Source: Macrostomum lignano (lineage: Eukaryota). From it: a DNA stretch of 64,000 bases. This document shows positions 1 to 11,800 of this stretch, piece by piece. Position numbers and translations under genes: made by a program. The DNA is taken from the NCBI GenBank assembly GCA_002269645.1, contig NIVC01003721.1, positions 62,001 through 126,000 of the forward strand. The letters run 5' to 3'. Numbering within the stretch: the first letter of the stretch is position 1; every line of letters starts with the position of its first letter. Below the pieces are notes generated by a model, which was given only the letters and a program-made list of their open reading frames with translations, did not search any database and was not told where the DNA came from.

Positions 1-246
1 GACATTGTGAGACAATGTGAGACACTGTGAAACACTGTGAGACATTGTGAGACACTATGAGACACTGTGAGACACTGTGAAACACTGTGAGACACTGTGA
101 AACACTGTGAGACACTGAGACACTGTGAGACACTGTGATACATGGTGAGACACTGTGAGACACTGTGATACATGGTGAAACACGGTGAGACACGGTGAGA
201 CACTGTGAGACATGGTGAGACACTCTGAGACACTGTGAAACACTAT
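1..246. repeat. 10-bp minisatellite (GACACTGTGA)n, running off the left edge
   Basis: About 24 degenerate tandem units visible directly; the 55..243 ORF is a by-product. Confidence 0.95.
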
Positions 247-297
247 GAGACACTTACAATCTCACAATAGTCAACTTCACAATGCCTCCCTCGCTAG

Positions 298-1506
298 ACG
301 GAGTTTCCCCTGTCCCAGCTGTCGCAGCTCCGTGACGCAATCTCCAGAGCCCGCAGCGCATCCGAGCTGCGCCATGCTCAGGAGGTCGTGTGGACCACCC
401 GCAGCCGCCTGTACACCGCGATGCTGAAGGACTCGGCATTTCAGCAACTGTATAGTGGCTCCGTTATCTCCATCAACTTTGAGCTACTTGAACTGGACGA
501 GTCTAACCTTGCTGTGCTGCCGGGAGACAGCGGAAGCGGCCCCGAAGGCGATGACAACGCTCCGAACAGCGTCATGGTCGCCACGAACGACGGGCAGCTG
601 GTGCTGGGGTACGGAAGCACTTTGTACTGCCGGAAGGGCCTGCGGGCGGACTTTGACTTGTACTGCAATGGACTGGATAGGGGTGAGACCGGCCTGGATT
701 GGTTGAATTAGTGACCGGATTGAGATGTGATGATGGATGTACTTACTCACTGGCCTGGGACATTGAGGCGCCAACCGACAGGAGCGGCCCACAATGAGAT
801 AGGGGCGCCTACCAAGAGACAGGGGGGCCAACCAAGTGACAGGGGCGCCCACCAAGTAATAGGGGAGCCTACCAACTGACAGGGGAGCCTACCAACTGAC
901 AGTGGCGCCAACCAAGAGACAGGGGCGCCAACAAAGACACAGGGGCGCCAACAAAGACACAGGGGCGCCAATCAAGAGACAAAGAGCGCCCACGAAGAGA
1001 TAGGGGGCGCCCACCAAGATATAGGGGGCGCCCACCAAGATATAGGGGGCGCCCACCAAGAGATAGGGGGCGCCCACCAAGTGACGGGGCGCCCACCAAG
1101 AGGCCAAATATTTGCACCCATTGAGGTTGCAGCCCGTCCAAATAAAGTTCCCGCACTGTTTTTCAGTCCCTACATATAATTGCGAATTCTTTGCGAATTT
1201 TCAGCGGACTTCTCATCCGAGACCCTAGCTGGTCTGTGCTCAAGCCTGGTGATCGGCTTCCTGTCTCAGCTTCTAGCCACCGATGGTGAGCAACTGGCCG
1301 CAATTCCTGAGCAATCGTTGTCGTTGTTCGTTTCGCTCGACTGTTTCAGCGGCACCAGTTTGAGTCCGTGCTCAAACTGCGATTTGGAGTCGCAATTGTC
1401 TGCCAGTCTCCAAAGCCTCATCAGCGAGGAGCTGATGCTCAGGCATCCGTTCTATTCCGAGGGCTGCCCCTACGCTCTGCTGAAGAGGAGAGTGCGATTG
1501 GATTGA
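298..1506 (+). CDS. Last two exons (298-682, 1205-1506) of an incomplete host gene; product uncertain, weak resemblance to a NAT16/HisAT-like acetyltransferase C-terminal region
   Basis: AG|ACG acceptor at 297/298, G|GTGAG donor at 682/683 and TTTCAG|CG acceptor at 1204/1205 give a phase-1 join (…NGLDR-A-DFSSETL…RVRLD*). Codons are GC-rich and AATAAA occurs near 1592. The product call is weak inference. Confidence 0.6.
768..1098. repeat. 20-21-bp minisatellite (AGGGGCGCCAACCAAGAGAC)n in an intron; same family as the array at 54224-54570
   Basis: Tandem units visible; their reverse complement matches the units at 54.2-54.6 kb. Confidence 0.9.
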
Positions 1507-1620
1507 TGAGAGGAGGGTATCATGCACCTGATTGCACTGCTAATTGCACCGGATGCTTGCCTATGAGCTTACTGTGCTCAATGTACTGTCAAATAAAGTT
1601 AATAAATAACCTTTCAAATG

Positions 1621-1961
1621 CGATGAGGCACAAAAAGACACGGTCAGGCACAGAAAGACACAGTGAGGCACAGGGAGACACGGTGAGGCACAGGGAGACA
1701 CGGTGAGGCACAGGGAGACACGGTGATGCACAGGGAGACACCGTGAGGCACAGAAAGACACAGTGAGGCACAGGGAGACACCGTGAGGCACAGGGAGACA
1801 CGGTGAGGCACAGGGAGACACCGTGAGGCACAGAAAGACACAGTGAGGCACAGGGAGACACGGTGAGGCACAGGGAGACACGGTGAGGCACAGGGAGACA
1901 CGGTGAGGCACAGAGAGACACAGTGAGGCACAGGGAGACACGGTGAGGCACAGGGAGACAG
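1621..1961. repeat. 20-bp minisatellite (CACAGGGAGACACGGTGAGG)n
   Basis: About 17 tandem units; explains the three overlapping minus-strand pseudo-ORFs. Confidence 0.95.
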
Positions 1962-2820
1962 ATTCTCTGGCATATTTGAAGTCTTAATGTGGCCCCTTAA
2001 TTATCTTACAGAATAGAATGTACGTATTCACCACAGGTAACTAATTTTAATTGTAAGATAAACGCTTGAGTTAAAAAATAAAAGTACACAATTGAACCGT
2101 TTTAAGTGGCGCAAAGTTCACTTAGGTTTACTCTTACTTGTGTTCATTACTTGCTTAATGTTGTACAACTTGCATGAATAAAAATATTTTCTTAATACAA
2201 AGAAATTTCGCAGTATCCTTCTAGGGCAAAAGTTCACACTTCGCAACATCAAGAAATTGGAAGACTAAAATTCTAACGCACAAAATTGAATAGCCATGCG
2301 CATAAATATTGCCTATAAGAGAGTCCATCGATAGATTGTTTTTAATAACAGGATTAATTTCTTAAAAAATAGTAAAAGTAAAAATTTTGAATCATTTTTT
2401 TAATTCGAGTGGGACTGAGACTCTCGTATCGATTCTTTCCATTGAGTACCATAAATATATTACTGGTGCAACGGTTAACTTGAAGAAAAGCAGAGAACGC
2501 GCAGAAAACTTTGACCAATTTTTTTCAAACTGTCTTGGCCGCCAGCTCCAACGGCAGGCGAGATCGTTTGCCGCGTCCCTTCGCTTCTTAATCGCTTTTA
2601 TCTTTTGACTTCGCTTCACCCCAAACTGCTCATTGCTCACAGCCTATGGCTATATTGTTCTCAGAATTCATTGCCTACTGAGCTTCTCGTGCTCAGCTGA
2701 TATGGAAAGGTCGCACACCTGAGCTTATTAGGCAGACCTTAGCGGGTGAGAGCGCAACAATTTAAGTTTGATTCGGCGGAGACGGCCAACTTACAGAACC
2801 TGACATTTTTTTGTGTTGCC

Positions 2821-5800
2821 ATGCGGTTTCTGATACCCATGCTGCTGTCCCTGCTGCTCAGGGGCTCCCCATGCAGAGCGCAGTTCGGCATGGAAAACGC
2901 GCCAATCAGCAGCGTGGACTTCCCGTTCCCTGAGTATGCTCAGCCGTGGGAGATCGGGTGAGCTGTGCGGTTTAGCATGTTGCGCTCAGGCACCAGGACT
3001 CAGGATTTAGGCATCATGTTTTAGTATAAACGCAGAGTGACACTTGTTTTTCCTGCTTCAATGGTTGTTTAGTGGCTGGCTGTGTTGACTATTGGTTTCT
3101 CGGGTGTCTGCTGACTTACAGCGGTGTTCGCAATTGATGCTTCAGCGGATGTCTGCTGACTTACAGCGGTGTTCGCAATTGATGCTTCAGCGGATGTCTG
3201 CTGACTTACAGCGGTGTTCGCAATTGATGCTTCAGCGGATGTCTGCTGACTTACAGCGGTGTTCGCACTTGATGCTTCAGCGGATGTCTGCTGACTTACA
3301 GCAGTGTTCGCACTTGATGCTTCAGCGGATGTCTGCTGACTTATAGCGGTGTTCGCACTTGATGCTTCAGCGGATGTCTGCTGACTTACAGCGGTGTTCG
3401 CACTTGATGCTTCAGCGGATGTCTGCTGACTTACAGCGGTGTTCGCAATTGATGCTTCAGCGGATGCCAGACCAGTTTCTCATGAACACTATACAGTCAA
3501 AAGCTGTCAGAGGACTAAATCATTAATCATAAATTTTCTTATTCCCACTTGCAATACGCAGAAAGCAGGTATGCGCCTACCTAAAAACCCAGAGCGGAAA
3601 GAGGATCTACACCACCTGCTTCCCGTACAAGCAGCGCATCTGCGGCGCCGACACGTGAGTGTACTTTAGCTTTCAGGCAAGGAATAACTAAATAGGAGGA
3701 CTCTGCATAGAGAAGGTTTTAGTAATGTGCCCTTTAATTTGAGGTATTCGATGATAAACAAGAACGAAAAATCATAAAAGTGAATATGCTCGTATTCTGC
3801 TATTGCTGTTAAAATTCTGTTAAATTGCTTCTTGCCCTAAACTACTGTTTAGGTTAGTGTTCAGTAGCAATTTTTGCAAATCTCTTTCCTGCTATTTTAC
3901 AAAGTTATAATAAATATCAATGGAATCGACGCGCCGCACGTCCGCAGGCAATTCGAGTACGACTGCTGCCCCGGATACGGCCACGACAAGGACTTCGAGG
4001 GCTACACGACGGGCCCGAACTGGCCGCGCAATGAGAACTGTCTCAAACGGCTGGGCAGGGACGACCTCACATCCAGCAGCGACAGCCTGATGCAGCGGAT
4101 CGGCGCGGATGCTGCCACAACTGGCCGGTTCAGACGAGACCTGGAAAGGTATGACCAGTGCAGCGTGCGCTCACTGTATCGAGAGCCAAGTAGTAGGTTC
4201 TAGACTGAAATCATTGCACATTTCATCACCAATTGCATCGCTCAATAGCGCGCATCATTCAATGCAGAGTTGCGGGCCAGCTGACGGCATTCCTGCCCTA
4301 CAAGGAGACCTACAAGTCGAGGCGCTTCGACTCCGACGCGGGCGATTCGACGGCCTACATGGCGCTGGGCAGCCACTTTGTCCGGCACCTGCTCGATGGA
4401 GTCGCTGTGCCCAGCGCCGATACTGGCGGCTCCATCAAGATATCGAGATACTCGAACGGAGTGAGTCTGTCGGGTGGTATCGGCTATGGCTGGTGTGTGA
4501 GAGTAGCCTGACTGCCGTGCACTGACTAACTGACCAACTAACTAACCAACTAACTAAATTTGACACCCTAATTTGATTCTTTTAAACTTTCAGATAATTT
4601 GCGCCGAGTGCAGGCGGTTTGTGTCAGCTGATCACAGTCTCGACGACAGGGCTGTGGTGCACTTCGTTGACGGGGGGAGTGTAAAGCGGTGGGATGAAAT
4701 ACCGTCTACGAGCATCACAAGAGGGAAGTAACGAGTCTGTAGAATGAGACAGCCACTGCCGTAACCACCGCAGTTTGTTTTCCCCAGCCGAAAGTCGCTG
4801 GCCGAGCTGCTCAGAGAGCGGTACGCTTACTTCTGGTCCGACATTCCCGCTGGCCTGCAAGCCAGGCTGGGTGACGCCAACTGCGGCCGCTGGTACACCG
4901 TGCTGGTGCCCACCCAGAGCGCCTGGACCGCCGCCAAGACGAAGGCCGGCTCGAACGCTGAGATTCAGGAGAAGCTGCTCCGCGAGCACATCCTGCCCCA
5001 GCTGGTCTGCTCGTCGGCCGTCTGCCAGGACTCGCAGCGCAGCAAGAATTTGAACGGCGAGAACGTCATCCTGGCCTGCGAAGGCGAGGGTCGCGTCTAC
5101 GCGCAGAGGTCGCACGAGTTCGGCGTCAGCAGCGAGAAGGCCTACCTGCAGGCCGGAGCCGACGGAGAGGTCGACCAGATGGCCAGCAACGGAGTGGTGC
5201 ACAAGACCGACAAGGCCCTGCTGCACAGCTCCGGTGCGTGCCTGGAAGATACAGAGCCCGACAGACAGACTGAGATTAAGAATCCCTGCAAACTTACTTG
5301 ATGTGTGATCCCCCTGAATTGCAGCAACCTCCTATCGCGACATCGCCTGGCCAGACTCCGTGCCGGACTCCTGCATCTCGCTGGACCCGGCCAAGCAGTA
5401 CATCTTCCTGATACCGCGGGAAGCAGCCTGGCAGCGTATGTGCGCGGTGTCTCATTCCACTCTGACACTCTGGTGCATTTTCCCATTTTGTTAACTCTCA
5501 CAGTCAGCAGCTCAGCAACACGAGGATGTCACCGTTTAGTTTGTTTGATACTTTTTCGGTTTTGGTCCACGGTAGCTACATGAACTGTACTGGGCGTAAT
5601 TAGGCTGGTGGTTAAAGTCCAAAGTCCGGGGTTAAACTCTAATGATGGGAGTCAAATGATGAAATACCGAGTGCACGCCTGTCTCCGCCGGTAAGGGTAC
5701 CTGCAGCGTCAGCAGCAGCACCGCCTGTGGAACAGTATAGACCCAGCGTGAATGACGTAACCTACCAATGAGAGTCGTCGTCGGCGAGAGAGTCGGCGAG

Positions 5801-8800
5801 AGAGTCGCCGACGGCGCCGGCGGCGAATAGACATCGAAACAACCGAAGGCGCATCACGCAACCGAAACCCCTTCAGGTTTCAAAACTCAGGACACCACAA
5901 TCAGCCCGGAGGAGTCGATGAAGAAGTTCAGCGACTGGTACACCGCGGACGCCACCTACCGCTGTCTAGTGCGCCAGTACCACGTGCTCGAGGCCGAGCC
6001 GGGGCAGACTTCACTGGACAATCTGTGGTCGCAGTTCAACCCGGCCAGCTGGCCGAGAGGACGCCAGCCCGGCTCCTATCGGACGCTGGCCAGGTGGGCC
6101 GCCGGGTCGGACGCTGACGCGACGAGGCGCAACAGCTACGGCTACCTGCAGAACCAGCTGCACTTCCAGAAGGGCGACAACGGGCCAAGGGTTTGTGAAT
6201 AGTTTATAGAATTTTTTTATTTCGCTTCAAAATTCATTTATCAAACTGAAACTGGATGCCCAGTGTCCACCATCGCGCCATTGGTGTGTAAAGGTGCTGA
6301 TGTCTGCGTGATTTCAAAAATCCAACTCGAGGTCCATCCTAGAAAGTAGAAGGCATGAGGGGGCTTCTGGGACAAAATTTTTCACTTCCTCCATAATCCC
6401 ATTAAATCCATCTATATTATCCCTGACAGAATCAGAAAAAAAGGGGGGTCGCACTCGCTCACAAAACGTCCTCCATAATCCCATTAAATCCATCCATATT
6501 ATCCCGACAGAATCATGAAAAAGTGGAGGGGTCGCACTTGCTCCGAAAACTTCGAACATAATCGTATTAAATCCATCCATATTATCCCTGACAGAATCAG
6601 AGCAGGTGTCCACTGATACCTGTTATGTTCACTGACACTGACATAATCCACTGACATCCACCCATAACATTTCTAAAACAATCAGAAAATAATCTGCATT
6701 CTTCTCCACACATTCAATCCGCAACGTGCTACCACATCCCTAAGACTTTAAATCATCAGCGCAGGGTCCTCACCCTTTGAAAAAATTAAATTCTCAATAA
6801 AAATGTTTCCAGTTGTCTCTCCAGGTTCTTATTACAAAGCGCACGAGCCTAATTACAAGAGTAAGTACCGATGCAAACTAGAATGCAGCGAGTACATGAG
6901 AAAATATTGGCCCGATGTTGATATCAATGCCCCTAATATTAATCTAGCTCTTCAAAGACACTGGTTTCATAAGTACGGAGTAACCTACGTAAAAGATTAC
7001 GACAGCTACTATAACTTTGCAGAAATCATTAAGCAATTGTGATTTCTTACATTCTCTCAATGATCAACGTCAATACAAACTCTTCACCGTTGAAATCAAC
7101 ACCTACCCCATCTTCAGTCTCAAACTGTAGCACAATCTCGTGAATCTCCTTATTACTCAATACAACTCTTTTCACTGGATTTGGTTTCTCTACCACCATC
7201 TGTCCTCCAGCAACAGAGTTGGAGATGTTGTACAAAATATTCGTTCGCTTTCCCTTAAATACCCAATCAAGACTGAGATTGCTTCTGATTAGAATATTCA
7301 AACCCTTTACAATGTCTGCAATATTGGGTGCTAAGAACAAACCGCTTACATTTTCCCGGGCCATTTTAACGGTCCCCGATGCTTGAGTGGCGGTCCGCGC
7401 CGCGGATTCTGCCTTATAAACTTTCTTCTCGAATCCCAGTTCCCTATACCAAGTGTCATCTTTAAACTCAACCTCCGCATCTTTGTGAACTTGCATGACC
7501 ACTCTCATTACAGTGAGATCATAGGTTAGTTTGACAGGGAACAGTTTCTTCTCTGGCTTACTCGCATCAGGTGTCTCAAAATGGCCTCTTTTAGTAAAGA
7601 CATTTTCTAGAAAGTTATTGTAGGTATCCACACTTTGCGTGCTCACATGGAATACCACAGGGTCTGCTGCTGCGCCTTTCCATTTGTAATAAAACTTATT
7701 ATTTGCTGCCATCACATTGGGAACGTTTGACCAACCAGTGAAGTCGTTAAGATAGACATGGTAATTAGCACCTGGATCCAGGCGAATCGCCTGCTCTAAT
7801 TTTTCAACAAATATCCCGTTTGAGTCATTAATTCGCCCGGTTATTGTAATAGGAATGCTCTCCTTAGAGTGTGAAACAATGTTATTTAGTCTTTCGGCTA
7901 TAGCTTCCATTTTTTGTCCTAAAAAATATTTAAACTTTACTGGATGAATTGTTGATCATGTTAAGCTTCACCTTCCTCTCAAATGCATAGACAATGTACA
8001 GGTCCACGGGTGTTGCGGTAGTCCTCTCAATGTTAGTCACGATATTCACAGGGCTGTTATCAGTAGGCATTTGTCTGGCAGACACATCAGCGCCAAACAT
8101 CGGATATAGAGTTCCATATTGAAGAGCAGTGATAGCAATTCCATTGTTCTCTTTCACAGCCAAGTCGACCAACTCGCTGTAAAATTTGCTAATCTTGTTC
8201 TGACTGAAATCTCCATTTTGTGGCAGTGCAGGGTAAAGATTATCACTGATTTCATGCTGAATGGACCGCACGTCTCCATGCATGTAGCGTATAATGCTAT
8301 TTGGGTTTCTCATATTAATAATGATATACCTTGGATTGCTGCATGATCCCTCTTTAATGCAGATGTTTGTTCTAGTTTCGTTTCGCTCATCTCTACACAT
8401 GTAGGCTGTGTATGCAACATCAATGTCCTTCTCTATTGCCTTGAGATAATCCGCTTTTAGTGCAGTCTTTGGCTCAATGACTTCCAAATACAGCTCGATT
8501 CCGGTTAGCTTCACAGCCATCCCAGTGTGGTCCGCCCCAGTCCACAACACTCTACTGCGATCATCTCTAGTCAGTCTAAATGTGTAGCTAAAGTTACTAG
8601 TCAGTCGATTAAATGTATTACAGAATCCACTCATGAATCTCAATGGTACAAATACATCAACAGACCGATACAGCGGGTTCTTAGCAGCATCATCAGCACC
8701 TTGCAATGCATAGTTGTATCTCTTCTTCCTATTTTTATAACCACTGTCATTGATATCTCCTTCTTTTTCGTCTGCAATAAAACCCGCACCACTTCCCAAT

Positions 8801-11800
8801 TGAATAAAATCAGGATTCTCGATTAAACAATGAGCGTCATAGACAATTCCAAAGTTGGCGATTCGCTCCAACTCAGTGCTCCCATTCGATACACTAAACT
8901 CCTTGAACATATACGCCCAAAAGTTACTGATCAGAGCCACATCCGCATCATGCTTGTCAACGTTAGCACGAGCCGCATCCGCACCACCCTTTGTCTTGAA
9001 TTGAAATGTCATATGGAAGCCGCTCTTAAGACTGTGCACACTAACCAAAGACGAACATCCATTGTATGTAAATGTCAGTGTTTGACCAGGACCAAGATTA
9101 GTTTCATTCTGATTTTCCTGACTGGGAACTCCCACCCGAGTCGCTTTGATTGTGCTATTATCACTCAAAATAGGCTTGTTAATCTTGTAGAAAACTGGTG
9201 TCAGTGGGTCGTTCATTTTTTAACTAAAAATAAAATAAAATAAGAAATGAAGCGAAAAAGTACACAGCAGATATCTGAATTGGAGAAGCTAGCACAAGCA
9301 GAGAAACGAGTTACCGGGCTAATAAATAAGGAGCAACAATCCTACAATGAGTTTGTCCAAGCAGCCACAGAGTTTCATAAGCCCGGGTATGGAGAAGCTA
9401 AGAAAAATATTGATCAGGTCAAAGAAACTATCGACGACATACAGGAAACCCAGGTGCAAAAGGCCTTGGGCAAAATTCCAGAAGCACCACAGATACAGCC
9501 GCAACCACAGACACAACCGCAACCACAACAATCACAACCACAACAATCACAACCACAACAACAGCAACTAAAAGTGACCGATAACATTTTTGGACCAGTA
9601 GAGCGTGTAGAACATGATGGGAAATATGTATTTGGAATAAGTGTGTGGAGAAGAAACATTTATAATGACCCAGTGGAATATTATATCGACATAAATAAGA
9701 AACATATTTCTGTTGTTAAAGGCTCGGAAACTAAGAGCATTCCTTTCACAGAAACCTTACTGAATTTTATGACCAAGAACCAAGAGAGAATCTCGGACAA
9801 ACAGCTAAATAACTATAGAGATCTAGTGACTTTTGCTCTTGCTAGAGATATAGAAATACTAAAGGCCCCAGAAGTCCTGAGACTTATGTATGATAACGGT
9901 GTCAACCTGACTAGATTCAAAAAGTACAAACACTTTAAACAATGGTTCGGTTTGCCAGATCAGGCGGAAGTCATAAAATATCTAGAACAACCACAACAGC
10001 AACAGCAACCGCCACAACAGCAGCAACATTCCATAGAAGAACAAGTACTCAGTCAACTCGAGCAGTTAGACCCTTTGAAAGTGGCTGAATATAAGAAACA
10101 AAACCCGACAGACTGGCAACACTTAGAACAACACTCTCCAGATCGAATGAACAGAATCAAGCAGAGTTTTCACACCTCAACAAAGACAGGCACCACATGA
10201 CAGTTCCATCTCTGAAAGTGAGCAGTCTTTTGCATCACCTCCCCAGCAGCCACAAGCCCAACCAACTCCACAACCTCAAGACCAACCGCCCTCAACTGGA
10301 AAAGGAATTTCTGAAATCTACAAGCGAGTAGCGGTTCTTCTAGGAGCAGCAAAGACCGGAATGAAAGATGAAAATAGAAAAGAATTTGTCAACATCCTGG
10401 ACAAGATGCTTGAGAGAAAATATATCGATAAAAGAGCAAGAGAACTTTTGCTTTCACGGTTTAACAAAAAATAAATTTCTATTTAAAAAGATGCCAATTA
10501 TTTTCGAAAAAGACATTGACAAATACTATGACAAAGAGGAACTTAATCTCATTAAACGTGGATCTGGACTTTTCCCTGCAGGCCACTATCCAAGAAAAGA
10601 ACGCTCAGGGAACGGTCTTGCCGATTTGATCGCTCAGGGGGCCAAGATTTTTAAGGTCATTGGAGAGAACAAAGAGAACATCAAGAACGTTGCCGAAGCG
10701 GCTGGCAGTGTAGCCACAGCAGCCAAAAAGATAAAGGATACTGTAACACCTAAACAAGAGATTCAGCCTCCACTGGCCCCGCTGGCTCCATTGGCCCCAA
10801 ATCCAGACAGTGTGGACCCTGCAGTCTATGAGAAGATGAGGGCTAGCATTAAAAAAGGAAGTGGTTTCAAATTTGACTAAAGGGTACTTTCCGAGGGTAC
10901 AAGACTAGTCCCGAAATGACACATCTAAGTCCCAAAATGACACATCTAAGTCCCGAAATGACACATCTAAGTCCCGAAATGACACATCTAAGTCCCGAAA
11001 TGACACATCTAAATTATTTATTATTTAAATTTTTTTTTCATCATAGAAAAAATTGACTTTTCAAAAGACTTCAATCCTCACTGGACGCGTAATCAGATTA
11101 AGTTTTCTCATCACGAGTCAATTCCGAGTCACTTCAGATGCATTGTTGTTGGTTCATCAGGTTCAGGTAAAACATTCAGAGTCTTTAACATGCTTCTTAG
11201 ACCTGGCTTTATCGACTATGACACTCTGCACATCTACTCTCCCACACTGTATCAAGATGAGTATAAAATGTTGATTTCTGGATTGCAAAACAAACTGCAC
11301 AAAGAGGACATTATTGCATGTTTTAATAACCAAATGAGCCTTCCCAGTAACCCTGAAATTGTAGCTGCTGAATATGCAAAGCACCTCAAAGACAATGAAA
11401 AATGGCAGAACATTAAAGTGTTCACCTATGGAGATCCACAGGCTGATCCAAAGACCAAACTTCTACCCCAACCAGATGAGCTAGAAAAGGGGAGAAAGCA
11501 TTTGATCGTCTTTGATGATTGTATGACAGGCCCACAGAAGCAGATAGAAAACTATTTTACAAGAGGGCGACATAACAATTGCAATGTAATTTACATTGCA
11601 CAGAATTGGTTCGAGCTCCCGAACAAAACAATTCGTGGGAACTGCAATCTGATTCTCCTGTTTCCAACCATTCCACAGGACAGGCTAAAAAGATTTTACA
11701 ATGAGGTCATTGCGCCTGCCTATTTCATAAATCCAACAAAAAACTCAAGCAGAAAGATTTCACAAGAGGAATTCGTTAATCTTTGCTATGACAAGTGGAA

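Noticed and set aside
4624-5226. 200-aa minus-strand ORF (likewise 29812-30675 on the plus strand)
   Set aside because: Antisense shadows of GC-rich host exons.
6264-6350. Possible terminal exon (STIAPLVCKGADVCVI…HPR) disrupted by the insertion
   Set aside because: Its phase is incompatible with the donor at 6190, whereas the exon at 22869 joins in phase 0 and completes the FAS1 motif.
6314-6613. 99-aa and 90-aa ORFs at the TIR tips (also 22393-22665)
   Set aside because: They start at GTG, are built from the subterminal repeats and run across the element boundary.
10368-10490. N-terminal extension of the 170-aa ORF
   Set aside because: It overlaps the better-supported C-terminal frame of the upstream gene; ATG 10491 has the A-rich context shared by the other viral starts.
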